From Mustelus asterias (taxonomy: Eukaryota): 64,000 nucleotides of DNA. The notes beneath the pieces were generated by a model, which did no database searches, was not told the DNA's origin, and worked only from the letters and a program-made list of their open reading frames with translations. The stretch lies in contig NC_135801.1 in the NCBI RefSeq assembly GCF_964213995.1, positions 17,918,001 through 17,982,000 on the forward strand. Reading direction: 5' to 3'. Below, piece by piece: positions 45,244 through 57,835 of the stretch (position 1 is its first letter; each line of letters starts with the position of its first letter). A program made the position numbers and the translations under genes.

Positions 45244-45490
45244 TACAAAAGTCTGAGGACACGTACCAAACGACTCAAGAACAGCTTCTTCTCTGCTGTC
45301 ATCAGACTTTTGAATGGACCTACCTTATATTAAGCTGATCTTTCTCTACACCCTAGCTATGACTGTAACATTACATTCTGCAGCCTCTCCTTCACCCCTA
45401 TTTACTGTATGAACGTATGTTTTGCCTGCATAGCACACAAGAAACAATACTTTTCACTGTATCCCAATACATGTGACAAAAATAAATCAA
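45244..45490 (+). mobile_element. Rex/L2-like LINE 3' end
   Basis: RLKNSFFSAVIRLLN, then ACATGTGAC..AATAAATC tail. Confidence 0.75.
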
Positions 45491-45614
45491 ATTATTTGAT
45501 TAAGGACGGTGAGCATCAATAATAATCACCCAATCAAACACAGACCAACTGAAAACCACAATCATAAGCTACGAACTGAGGGTTTTCCATACTTGGTAGG
45601 AAGCGTGTACCGAT

Positions 45615-45892
45615 TGGCACAGTGGTTAGCACTGCTGCCTCTAACGCCAAGGATCCGGGTTCGATTCCCGGCTTGGGTCACGGTCTGTGCGGAGTTTGCA
45701 CATTCTTCCCGTGTCTCCGGGTACTCCGGTTTCCTCCCAAAGTCCGAAAGATGTGCTGGTTAGGTGCATTGGCCATGCTAAGTTCTCCCTCAGTGTACCC
45801 GAACAGGTGCCGGAGTGTGGCGACTCGGGGATTCTCTCAGTAACTTCATTGCAGTGTTAATTTATGCCTACTGGTGACACTAATAAATAAAT
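45615..45892 (+). mobile_element. HE1/V-type SINE, tail B
   Basis: A/B boxes and tail B. Confidence 0.88.
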
Positions 45893-46024
45893 TTTAAGCA
45901 TTGCAGGAGGTTACATTTCCCCAGAACATTCATTACATTCCCAGACTCGATGGGCCAAATGGCCTCTTTCTGCATTGTAGGGTTTCTATGATTTTATGAT
46001 TCATTACATTGCCACCAAGTGTCG

Positions 46025-46115
46025 ATCCAACCAATCAGAACCATGATAGCAGCAACCAATCAGAGTCTGCATTGATTCAGCCAATCAGAACAGAGCTCCG
46101 TGCAGCCAATCGGGG
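46025..46115 (+). promoter_or_regulatory. THAP1-like promoter with four NF-Y-type CCAAT boxes
   Basis: CCAATC at 46031, 46056, 46081 and 46106. Confidence 0.8.
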
Positions 46116-46167
46116 TGTGGTTTGTTTTCGGGTGGGCGAGTTGGGCAGAGGGAAAGGTTTTGGTGTC

Positions 46168-46238
46168 ATGGTGTTGTCCTGTTCGGCCTATGGCTGCAAG
46201 AATCGCTACGATAAGGACCGGGGAGTTTCCTTCCACAG
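46168..46238 (+). CDS. THAP1: THAP1-like exon 1
   Basis: 71 nt, CAG|GTAGGG donor. Confidence 0.93.
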
Positions 46239-49200
46239 GTAGGGAGCGCCTGGCTGCTGACACTCTCTCTCTTTCCGTGGTCTGGGCGCCACCTAAGAGC
46301 GATAAAGCTCCGGGGGCAGCCTTTAAACAGCGGTTGAGGGGGTTGGGGGGAGGGGGTTGTGGGGAGGGGGTTGTGGGGAGGGGGTTGGGGGGAGGGGGTT
46401 GGGGGGAGGGGGTTGAGGGGAGGGGGTTGGGGGGAGGGGTTGGTGGGGGGTTGGTGGGGGGTGGGGAGGGGGTTGAGGGGAGGGGGGGTGGGGAGGGGGT
46501 TGAGGGGAGGGGGAGGGGGGGTGGGGAGGGGGTTGAGGGGAGGGGGTTGAGGGGAGGGGGAGGGGGGGTGGGGAGGGGGAGGGGGGGTGGGGAGGGGGAG
46601 GGGGAGGGGGGGTGGGGAGGGGGAGGGGGGGTGGGGAGGGGGGGTGGGGAGGGGGGAGGGGGGGTGGGGAGGGGGAGGGGGGGTGGGGAGGGGGAGGGGG
46701 GGTGGGGAGGGGGAGGGGGGAGGGGGAGGGGGGGTGGGGAGGGGGGGTGGGGAGGGGGAGGGGGGGTGGGGAGGGGGGGTGGGGAGGGGGAGGGGGGGTG
46801 GGGAGGGGGAGGGGGGGTGGGGAGGGGGAGGGGGGGTGGGGAGGGGGTTGAGGGGAGGGGGGGTGGGGAGGGGGTTGAGGGGAGGGGGAGGGGGGGTGGG
46901 GGGTGGGGAGGGGGAGGGGGGTGGGGAGGGGGAGGTTGTGGGGGGGGCTGAGGGGAGGGGAGAGGGTGATGGGATGGAGAAGGGGTGTTGATGGGGTGGA
47001 GGTGGAAGGGAGGGAGATTTGTGAGGAGCAGGGGTGTTGGGACGAGGAAGAATGACATTTAGGGGAGGGAGTTGAGGCAGGTGTGAGGAAGAGGTTTCAG
47101 GAGGGGAGCTGAAGAGCAAAGACAGAAATTGCTGGAAAATCTCAGCAGGCCTGACATCTGTGGAGAGAGAACAGAACTAATGTTTTGAGCCAGGATGACC
47201 CTTCGTCAGAGCTGAATTGAGGAGGACAGGGTTAGGCTGGGTGAAGGGTTTTGGGGAAGGGAGTTTCACGGGAAAGGTGATGTGGGGATATGGAACGGGG
47301 TTTCAGGGAATGGGAACGGGCGGCGTTCAGGCGAGAAGCTTTTCTGGGCGGTGTTAGTTGTGATCAAGTGAAAAGATTGCTGTTGTTATAAAATACAAAC
47401 TGTTTGCAACTTGCCTTTTGGCCTAATTTGGTAATACATGCACACTGAATTGAACTATTTCCTGTTGTCGGTCTGTCTCAGTGGTGATACTTTTGTCTTT
47501 GAGTCAGGCTGCAGAGACTGGAAGCACATAATCCAATACGACTGATACACACTCTCTCAGTACTGCACAGAAATATGATTCAACAAACTGGTTGAAATGT
47601 TGGACCTAAGCTGGACTTCTCTTTGGGTGGTTGAGATTCCGCAGCCCTATCTGAACTTAGAGTGGCTGAGTTCTTCTGGTGTCCTGGCTAATATTTCGTC
47701 CCTCAACCAACACCTAAAAACACTGATTTTCTGATCTTTCTGCTCACAGCATGTCCATCAGAATCAAACGAAGGAGGTAGGGGGAGATGGTTGGGGTGGG
47801 ATTGATGCTGCTGCTTAAGTGGAAGCATGCTGATTTGATTTTAAACACAGTGGACATGACTCCCAGTCAAAACTACAATGAGAGTGCATTTTCTGATCTA
47901 TAAAGACTACTTTGTGAAACTTGCATCTACCCACTGCAGAAGTTGCATCAGCTCTTGCACTCTTCTCCTGTTTGGTGCCTACGTTAATCTCCTGGAGTGA
48001 CATAGTCATATCATGTCCTGCCCTCCTGTATTGCAGATGCAAGTTCCAGCCTCCGCCAATAGTTCTTGCACCTGCACCATATGAGTATGACTGTGTTGTC
48101 TGAATTTGAGCAGAGTGTTCTTGAAATATTGGTCTCTGAAAAGCAATAGCCCCAAGCCTCAGCTGATGTTTGGTTTTTTTTGTCACTTCAAGGGAGGGCA
48201 GAAGAATTGTTCCTCCTGCTCGGTTGATGTTCTGTGATCCACCCAACAATATCTGCTTTGGTCAGTAATGCTGATTTCCCTGTAGGGTGCTGCACTGCCA
48301 GAGGTGCTGTGTTTTAGTTGAGAGTTTAAATTGAGGCTTCATGCCATTGGATTTTTTAGGTGGATGTAAAAGATCCCATGGCACTATTTGGGAAAACAGC
48401 AGACAAGTTTTGATGTCCTCGGCAATATTTCTTGCTCAACCAATCTTGCTGTGCATTCACTCTCCCAAGTTCAGCCTGCCAGCTTGTTTCATTACTTTTT
48501 GTGGATCATGCAACTGGCTATAGTACTTTTTAAGCGTAAAATACTTGACATTTTTAAGTTGGAGTTTAAATCTAGGAAGTTCTGACATGGTGTAACACCG
48601 AGCCTCTTACTGAAAGAGAACTGTGGGGAGGTGTAGAACAGCCACAGAGGAGCTGCACAGCAGTTACTTCCTAGGTTTAGGGCTAGCCAAATGAACATGC
48701 AGTTGAATATAGTAGTTATGAGGACTGGCCAGTCTGTTAAACGAGACCTCAGTCCACAGGGGGCTACATGGCCCCCATCATAGAAATCATAGAAACCCTA
48801 CAGTGCAGAAGGAGGCCATTCGGCCCATCGAGTCTGCACCGACCACAATCCCACCCAGGCCCTACCCCCACATATTTTACCCGCTAATCCCTCTAACCTA
48901 CGCATCCCAGGACTCTAAGGGGCAATTTTTTTTTAACCTGGCCAATCAACCTAACCCGCACATCTTTGGACTGTGGGAGGAAACCGGAGCACCCGGAGGA
49001 AACCCACGCAGACACGAGGAGAATGTGCAAACTCCACACAGACAGTGACCCGAGCCGGGAATCGAACCCGGGACCCTGGAGCTGTGAAGCAGCAGTGCTA
49101 ACCACTGTGCTACCGTGCCGCCCTGGCATCGCACACAATACTCTAATATTTAGAATTAAAATCTCACCTTTTTGCATACTCGTGGAGACTGACATCATCG

Positions 49201-52200
49201 TGTACCCTGATGCATGTGGGTGGCTAGGTGAATGTGCAGAAGAATTACATTGACTGCAATTAAGATCTTCCCTCCTAACAATATTTCTAAAACCTCTTTA
49301 AAGGTTTCCCCTGAAACGACCAGAGCTCTGTAAGAAGTGGCTGGCTGCAGTCAGGCGACGTAATTTTACACCCACCAAAAACAGCAATCTTTGCTCAGAA
49401 CATTTCACGTTGGACTGTTTTAGAAAGAACTGTAACAACAAAATACTAGAAGAAAATGCTGTACCGTCCATTTTTTGCTTTACCCGACCAAATCAACAGT
49501 CAAAGGTAACTTTTTTTTGTTATTCGATTACAATGCAGAATAAGTTGATTAATATTGATCCAAACAAAATATGCTGGAAAATCTCAGCAGGTCTGACAAC
49601 ACATGTGGAGAAGGAATAGAGCTAGTGTTTTCAGTCTGGGTGACTTTGTCAGGGCAGATAACTAACTTTAAATGTAGCGCTGTCATTTTATAAGGTACCT
49701 TATACAGATTAATACACAGTGGTTCCAACCCATTCTATAGTTTTAATTAAAATTTTGATTGCATTGCTAAGTCTATGTAGAATGTAATGCATAATGATCC
49801 TATCATATTAAGATCCAACATCAGAAATTTGACACACACACCCATGAAATTAGCTATCACTTAAGCTATTCTTGATAGTGTTATTTGACTAAAAGTTAGC
49901 TAGGTCTCTCTTGTTTGGACGGTCTCATGGATTCTTTAACATTTACCTGAAAAATTAGAACAGAGAAATGACATTGGTTTAGTGGGCTGGAATCTGTTAG
50001 AGTTGGGCAACTTGATTTCTGCTCAGTTTGGACTTTTTCCTGAGCCCTTCAGCTCAAAGCCTTTTTGCTCTGTAACTACAAACTGAGAATGGTGCATCAG
50101 AGACCCCACTGCCCAACAGGACCATCAGTGTATCACCTTAACCAATAAGATTTAAGGATTGAAAAATGAACATAGGAAGGAGAGAGAATTAGAGTGGTTG
50201 AATTTGTCAAATAAGGTACAGAAAGAGGAATAGAAAGGAAATTAAAGGTTGGATTAAGAGTGAGAGGGGGATGTTAATGTACACCCGCTATTCAAAAAGG
50301 GAGGTAGAGAGAAAACAGGGAACTATAGATCAGTGAGCCTAACGTCATTAGTAGGAAAGTTGCTCGAGTACATTATCAAGGATTTCATAACACAGCATTT
50401 GGAAAGCAGTGGTGTAATCAGATAAAGTCAGCATGGATTTACAAATGGGAAATCATGCTTGTAATGGCATTCTTGTAAGTAGTGGAGATGACCAGGGAGA
50501 ACCAGTGGATTTATTTAGACTTTCGGAAGGCTTTCGACAAGGTCTCACTTAGCAGACTACAATGTGAAGTTAAAGCGCACAGGTGGCAGGTAATATCTTG
50601 AGATGGATAGAAAGCTGGTTAGCAGACAGGAAGCAGAATTGAAATAAATGGGTCTTTTTCTAATTGGCAGGCAGTGACTAAGTGGGGTACTGCAGGGATC
50701 TGTGCTAGGACCCCAACTGTTCACATTATTATTATAGAATCCCTGCAGTGCAGAAGGAGGCTATTCAACCCATCAAGACTGTACCAATGACAATCCAACT
50801 CAGGTCCTATCCTTGTAACCCCACGTATTTACCCTGCACAGCATAATGCCCCTGACACTAAGGGGCAATTTAGTATGGCCAATCAACCTAACCTGCACAT
50901 CTTTGGACTGTGGGAAGAAACCGGAGCATGTGGAGGAAACTGATGCAGACACCGGGAGAACATGCAGACTCCACAGTCACCTGAGGCCAGAATCGAAACT
51001 GGGTCCCTGGCACTGTGAGGCAGCAGTGCTAACCACTGTGCCACCGTGCTGTCTTTATATATTATATAACATGATATTATAATGATTTGGATGAGGCAAC
51101 TAAATGTATTATCTCAAGTTGGGTGGGAGGGTGAACTGTGAGGAGGATGCAGAGATGCTTCAGCATGATTTGGACAGGCTAAATGAGTGGGCAAATGCAT
51201 GGCAGATACTGTAAAATGTGGATAAATATGAGGTTATCCACTTCAGTTGCAAAAATAGGAATGCAAATTATTATTTGAATGGGCGTAAATTGAGAGAGGT
51301 GGATGCTCAGCGAGACCTTGGTGTCCTTGTGTATCAGTCGGTGAAAGTGAGTAGGCAGTAAAGAAGGCAAATGATATGTTGGCCTTCATAGTGAGAAGAG
51401 TTGAGTACAGGAACGGGGATGTTTTACTGCAATTGTATCGGGTGTTGGTGAGGCCACACCAAAGAATGAAATGAGACTCCACACTTTAAATTGTTCATTT
51501 TTTGCATCAGAGAAGTTGATTGGCAGTCATTTAGACTTATTGTACATTTATTACTTGACTAAACTTTCTGTGGCAAGTTTACTGGGCAAATGTAACAAAT
51601 TCATGAAACTCGGGGGAGAATAAAGGGGAAACGTTGTGTTCGCAGAGTGGTGCAAATGATCCAGCAATGCACTTGTGCCTCTTCACAAATTGTTGGCCAA
51701 TTTGTACATTAATAATGGAAGCGCAGTCCTCCTATCGATGGAGAATGCTATCTGTATTGCCCAGCCGCGTCTGTCCAAACTCTGTACTAAATACTTTTAC
51801 GTGGGAAGCAAAGGCACCACCGTTGTCCAAAACCAAGTGCACCTTAGCAACACTGGCATAAACATTGAACATCTAGTACACATTGTTAATTTACATGATT
51901 TTTATTAAAGAAGCAATGGCAGCACTTTTAAATCGCTTGTTCCTGTAGATGGAAAGAAAACATGTTAAATTTGAATTTTTCTTTCCCTCTCTTCTCTTTC
52001 CCTCCCCTCCCTCCCCTCCCTCCCCTCCCTCCCCTCCCTCCCCTCCCTCCCCTCCCTCCCCTCCCCTCCCCTCCCCTCCCCTCCCCTCCTCTCGTTCCTC
52101 AGCTTTCATTAATGGGTGTTGAGGTCACTTATAAAAAGCTTCCCTGTCTGAGTTTAACTAACTGGAGCAAGGATTGTTCCAAATACTCTGGTCAGTATGT

Positions 52201-54091
52201 CTCTCAGCCAGATATATGCAAGAACAACAATATGAGTTAGTTTGTACTGCAAATAGTAATTTAGTTCCAATCTGTACAATGTCTTCAGTTGATTTGATCC
52301 CACTTTTCCTTTATCTTAAGTGGGCAATCATTTTGCAGCTGGCAATTCATTTGTATCTCTTTGAATGTGTTAATCTTCAAACTCAGTCATGTAAATAAAC
52401 CTTCACTTTGTCTATTAAGAAAACTTATTTCACAGATTTGCCTTTCTCCCAATATATTTGCTGCTTCTAGTGCTAATGACTGAGTAGCGTTTTGGATAAA
52501 GAATAACATGCACCCCTCTCAACTGCTGTGCTTGGGTTGAGTTAAATGCTAGACTAGGATACAGAGTCATCGTAAACCTCACAGCAAAATACATTCTCCT
52601 GTCAACTGAATCAGGAGAAAATAGCCTGCATTTGACTTGCGTACAGGCAAAAGCTGCTAGTGTAGCTGATTTATACCTAAAGAAATGCATAGAAGCAACA
52701 ATTCACAATACTAACAGAATAATAAAACTTGTATGTAAAAACTGGGTGGAATGCTTTAAAAAACATGCTATTTTCCAGCTTCTGTGTACTTAGATATGCA
52801 TGTAATTTGTTTGGCAGATACCTGGGGAGCTCTGTCCTTCTAACCCATGTAAAGGTAAAGTCGCATAGTCCCAGATGACCATAAACTGACCGGTTGTGTT
52901 TTAACCTGAGGATCACCACACCTCAGGCGAGAGGCAAGGTTGAGAATAACCTCAGCCTGTACAGGAATTGAACTCACACTGTTGGCATCGCTCTGCATCA
53001 CTAACCAGCTATCCAGCCAATTGAGCTAAACTGACACTGAAGACCGCAAGAAAATCTCTAGTATTATGAAGAAGTTTTTTAACCTTTTTGAAGTGCAATT
53101 TCTTTCAAGTAAACATAAAGGTTAAATTATTAACACCTCACGTACAGCATACCCCTGGTGCAGAATAGGCTGCTTGTTTTGACACTGTTAGATGAGGAAA
53201 GCCATGACCTCAGTTCGTTGGATCTTTTTTACACTGGGAAAATGTAGGCTTTGGGGTGATTGACTTGTGAGCCTGAAAGTGTGTGTATCTGTTTGGTCAT
53301 CCTTTTTGAATATGGTCACCACATTAACCTTCTGATACCTTCCCAGGAAACTAATCTTTCCTCATCTCTAAACACATTTTGTTGTCTGACCACACCAGCA
53401 TTTAACCTAACCAAAGATGTGCCGAAACTAAACTTTTCTTTTGCTATTCCCAAAATCTCTGTTGATTTCAAATGGAAAAGCATAACCTTGAATTTGAAAG
53501 TGTTTAACTCAAAACTTGTTGGGTCAGACATTTTGATAAAACGTGCTTTAATTTGTATTTTTATGTACCTTGTCCACCATCTTCTACTTTAACATTGAAA
53601 TATAGCATTAAAAAATTAGGAAAAGTTTATACTTTGAGGAAATAACTGCAGTAGATCTCTTTTTACAAATGTGATTCAAAGCTTTAAATCTGCTATGACT
53701 GAATATTAAAAGTATGTGTTCAGGAGTGTTAATCTATTAATTATTATATTGATAGAAGTTAGAAATGGCAAAGGCAAGCGAACAACCTCGTGCAGCAGAA
53801 GAAATAACAGAGGATGCTGAATTAAAGCAAGCAAATGGTCTGCTAACTGTTTACGATCACAGCTACAGTGTAGGTGATGCGTGTTTGCAAAAGAAAAAGA
53901 TTCAGCAGTTGGAAGAACAGAATGAGAAGCTGAAAAAGAAACTGAAATTCTTGCAGCAGAAATCTCGCCGTCAAGAGCAACGCTTGCAGCGAATGAAGAA
54001 GTTATTACAGGAACTTAACACACAAGAGATATTACCACATCAGAGCTGTGTACTGTTACATGATACTTTGTATGAAGTGATTAAAGTTTAA
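46168..54091 (+). CDS. THAP1: THAP domain-containing protein 1-like, three coding exons, 202 aa
   Basis: [26 protein letters not shown]...LCSEHF...NAVPSIF THAP zinc finger; DHSY HCF1-binding motif; C-terminal coiled coil; exon layout as in THAP1. Ortholog versus paralog unresolved. Confidence 0.85.
46333..46965 (+). repeat. G-tract low-complexity repeat in THAP1-like intron 1
   Basis: Continuous G4-G7 runs separated by A, T, TT or short T/A linkers. Confidence 0.95.
47114..47213 (-). mobile_element. ~100-nt hammerhead-headed element, second copy
   Basis: AGCU CUGACGA A GGGUC-AUCCU-GGCUC AAAA CA UU AGUU with the same tail; flanking GAGCTGAA repeat. Confidence 0.75.
48285..48510 (+). mobile_element. 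Deu-domain SINE remnant (AmnSINE1/SacSINE1-like)
   Basis: GGTGGATGTAAAAGATCCCATGGCACTATTT core; related remnants at ~22670-23030 (-), 32330-32990 (-) and 47470-47740 (+). Confidence 0.65.
48778..49122 (-). mobile_element. HE1/V-type SINE, tail A
   Basis: Full length and CpG-rich, so probably young. Confidence 0.92.
49304..49505 (+). CDS. THAP1: THAP1-like exon 2
   Basis: 202 nt, [25 protein letters not shown]...QQSK, AG/GT flanks. Confidence 0.93.
49561..49655 (-). mobile_element. ~100-nt hammerhead-headed element, third and more decayed copy
   Basis: Same tail (GACCTGCTGAGATTTTCCAGCA) and a decayed CUGA-stem-GAAA head. Confidence 0.6.
50270..51460 (+). mobile_element. Decayed CR1 RT fragment interrupted by a SINE
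   Basis: [13 protein letters not shown] and QGSVLGP remnants. Confidence 0.8.
50733..51050 (-). mobile_element. HE1/V-type SINE, tail A
   Basis: Inserted in a CR1. Confidence 0.85.
52000..52090 (+). repeat. Polypyrimidine (CCCCT/CCCT)n simple repeat
   Basis: Seen directly. Confidence 0.9.
52850..53035 (-). mobile_element. Short tRNA-derived SINE of a different family
   Basis: TTAGCTCAATTGG...GTTCAATTCC head; homologous copy at 61741-61920. Confidence 0.7.
53756..54091 (+). CDS. THAP1: THAP1-like exon 3
   Basis: TAG|AAG acceptor (NAGNAG, alternative start 53759); DHSY motif and coiled coil; TAA stop; AATAAA at 54270. Confidence 0.88.
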   Translation, partial: KLEMAKASEQPRAAEEITEDAELKQANGLLTVYDHSYSVGDACLQKKKIQQLEEQNEKLKKKLKFLQQKSRRQEQRLQRMKKLLQELNTQEILPHQSCVLLHDTLYEVIKV

Positions 54092-54993
54092 ATGTAAAAA
54101 TATTTACTAATACAACACTTACTAAATGACAGGTAGTGTGTAGAAACATAACCAATTATCTTTACTACCCAGATTCACAGGAAGGGGATAACTAGCAAAA
54201 TGCCTCGAAGGCTCACTGCTAGGACAATTGTTTACATTGTACATAAATAATTTTAAATAGAAACAGCTGAATAAATTTGCTGTTATATGGGGTCGGGAAC
54301 TAACGCAAATAACACAAGCAGACCATCTACAGAGGAATATGTGACATTGCTTTTTGGGTGTTCTAAATTTGTAAGTACAAAGTGACGAGATTGGAGAAAT
54401 GGATCAGCCAGTGAAGATACAAGATGAAAAAGCATTCGTAGGACATGACAGACCTAGGGATACTGATAGAAAGTTCACTCAAACAATCGCCATGAGACAA
54501 CAATGAAGACAAACTGGGTCTTGGCATATATAGCTAAAGACATGGAATACAAGTTAATGTTGGTGATGGTGTGGTTTCAGTCCTGCTTGAAGTGTGCGTA
54601 TAGCGGAGGATATCCTGGCTTTGTATACTAAACGCAGCTACACCAATATTCGAGATTGGGAATCGTAGCTAACAGAGGCAAGTGAAGAAACTGGGGATGC
54701 TTATGCTGCAGAAGAAACTTGACAGAACCATAAAGTTTTCAAGCTTCTAAAGGCTACAGGTAACATTGCTCAACACCACAAACTTCAGCTAGGTGGCACA
54801 AAGTCAATATCAGAAAAGTGGAAATTAACATGCGGTTTAGACTTCGTCTTGTGTGAAAGAGAACCTGCCACCAAAAACTACATTGTTACTGTCCATGACT
54901 ATCTAATCTAATTTCCTTCTCTTGCTTTTTCCCCCGTACAATGTATTGTGCCTCTTTTGCAAGCAACCATCTGGTTCCTTTTTTAGAAGTAAA

Positions 54994-55297
54994 AAAGTTT
55001 ATTTATTTATTAGTCATAGTAGGCTTACATTAACACCGCAATGAAGTTACTGTGAAAGTCCCCTAGTCGCCACACTCCGGTGCTTTTTCGGGTACACTGA
55101 GGGAGAATTTAGTGTGGCCAATGCACCTAACCAGCACATCTTTTGGACTGTGGGAGGAAACCGGAACACCCGGAGGAAACCCACACAGGCATGGGGAGAA
55201 AGTGCAGACTCCATACAGTCACTCAAGCTGGGAATCAAACTTGGGTCCCTGGTGCTGTGAGGCAGCAGTGCTAACCGCTGTAGTACCGTGCTGCCCC
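54994..55297 (-). mobile_element. HE1/V-type SINE, tail B
   Basis: Full length. Confidence 0.88.
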
Positions 55298-56629
55298 AGA
55301 TCAATTCAACTGTTCTTTGTCAGAGAATTTGACATTCTAGCCACCCACTGATTTTTTTTTTCTAACTTCCCTTAATTATTTTGGTGAACCTTTAATTTAT
55401 ATCCTTTTATCACTCAGTAATTACAACCTATCAATACAGTTTTTGCAATCATTGAATGGCTTTGTCATGTCACCCCTTAATCTCTCAATTCTACTAAAAG
55501 AAAATAAGAAATCTCAATTTTTTAAGTCTTTGTAATTGTAACCCCTCATCCATTGCAGTGAATTGTTCCTTTCTTATATCCTTCCTATATGACGGGGTGT
55601 CAAAATTGTAGACATCCCAATTTTAAGTTTTGTACAAGTTCAATATTACCTCCTTGCATTTGTACTTTGTCTCTGGATACAAAACCAAGGACTGCATTTG
55701 CATGCCTTTAGTGGTTCTACGTACTTGCACTTCCTACCTTTAATGATCAATGCTACCTTTTGAATCTTGTCCTTCACAGTATGTTTCCTTATTCTGGGTT
55801 TGAGGAAAACCAGAGGAGAATATAGTTTGCATTTGAACTTTGGAATTGCAGTGGTCGCTTTGGTCTGTAAAGTCTTAACCACATTTTCAAGTTGTATATA
55901 AAATAATCTTTGCACAGTTAGCTGAGCCACTTGATTCTTTCCGTAATATCGTGGCTAAAAAATGTAATGCAATGTAGTATCTCAGAAACCAAGTTTCTGG
56001 ACAGAACTGCAGCTGCAAAAAATTGGTAAAATTCTAAAATAACCATGGAATAAAAACACTTTGATATTCTGTCACCCAAATGTCTTGATTATCTCTGTTA
56101 TGTGTAATTTTATACCATGGGGAGGAATGGTAAGTGTAAGGGAAAGTCTGATTATGGGGTTAGAATGTGACATGACTTTGGGTGATGTTAGATATTTTCT
56201 CGAGTGTTTACTAATCACTCGTAAATCAATTTCTGATTTTGTATTTTCCGTGATGTCTAGATGAGCAATGATAAGATCCACAGTTTGAACGATGAACTGA
56301 TAATCTATCCACCAGCCACCAGAATATGTCATGTCACCAAGTAATACTCAAGGCTGGATAAACAAATACTTCTACCAAATCTAGAAGCAGGCTTTGAAAT
56401 ACGAGGTGGTTTTATTTGCATCAGGTAGATGAACAGTCTTAATGCAGTGGAAAAAGTTATTTATGCTCCTCAAATACACACCTGCTCTTCAAATACATAC
56501 AAGATGCAGTTTCCTCTCCAAACATGGATTTTTAAGTTAGTTTATTTACTACAAACTCAGTCTAGCCTGTCACCCTAGTTGGGCTACAACAATTACAGCA
56601 TTTAGCATTACAACTGGTCGCTGTAATAT

Positions 56630-57020
56630 TCATAGAATCCCTACAGTGCAGAAGGAGGCCATTTGGCCCATTGGGTCGCACCGACAACAATCCCACCCAG
56701 GCCCTATACCACAACCCCACATGTTTACTTCACTAATCCCTCTAAGCTACACATCCTGGGACACTAATGGGCAATTTAGCATAGCCAATCAACCTAACCT
56801 GCACATTGGCCCATCAAATCTGCACCAACTCTCTAACAGAGTATCCCACCCAGACCTTCTCTGCCCTATCCCCTCAACCCCACATATTTACCCCACTAAT
56901 CCCCCTACCTTACACATCCTGGGACACTAAGGGGCAATTTAGCATTGCCAATCCACCTAACCAGCACCTCTTTGGACCGTGGGAGGTGATCGGAGCACCT
57001 GGAGCAAACCCATGCAGACA
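56630..57020 (-). mobile_element. Two tandem HE1-type SINE 3' halves, tail A
   Basis: Duplicated tail and body segments. Confidence 0.8.
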
Positions 57021-57539
57021 CACTTGCGCTTACTGAGGAGTGATTTATTTGAGCTGCATACAATTGAGGGGCCAGGATAGGAGGGACCTGTTTCCAATGG
57101 GAGACATAACCAGGAGATAGAGCTTTAAAGTAATTGCAGAGATTAGAGTACAGTTTGGAAGAGAAATTAAGCTAAGTGGTGTTGGGGATCTTGAACTCTA
57201 CTTGAAAGGGGGGGGACCCTCACTGTCTTTAAAAAATGTACTCAATACCGTAACCAGAACAAGAGCTAGAACGTGGAATTAAGCTGGATAACTACCTACT
57301 GTGCCCTAAATTTGCTACTAGAATCATAGAATGTAGACAGCACAAAAAGAGACCATTTGGTCCATCATGTTGGTGTTGGCCAAAAAAACTGTAATCCCAC
57401 CTCTCCAGCATTTGGCATGCAAGATTATGGCACTTGAGGTGCATATGCAGACACCTTTTAAATGAGTTGAGAGTTTCTGTCTCTACCACTCTTTCTGGAA
57501 AAAGATACAAAAGCCTGAAAGCACATACCAACCAACTTT

Positions 57540-57835
57540 AGGGTGGCATGGTGGCACAGTGGTTAGCACTGCTGCCTCACAGCACTAGGGACCCAGGTTT
57601 GATTCCAGCTTGGGTCAGTGTGTGGAGTCTGCATGTTCTCCCCGTGTCTGCATGGGTTTCCTCCAGGTGTTCTGGTTTCCTCCCACAGTCCGAAAGATGT
57701 GCTGGTTAGATGCATTGACCATGATAAATTCTCCCTCAGTAGCTGAACAGACGCCGGAGTGTGACGACTAGGGGATCCTCACGGTAACTTCATTACAGGG
57801 TTAATGTAAGCCTACGTGTGACACTAATAAATAAA
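57540..57835 (+). mobile_element. HE1/V-type SINE, tail B
   Basis: Full length. Confidence 0.88.

Noticed and set aside
46060-47119. Long Pro-rich and Gly-rich ORFs in several frames
   Set aside because: They are stop-free translations of the intronic G-tract, with no coding signal.
46168-54091. THAP gene as a P-element-type transposase
   Set aside because: There is no transposase catalytic domain and no TIRs; the architecture is that of host THAP1.
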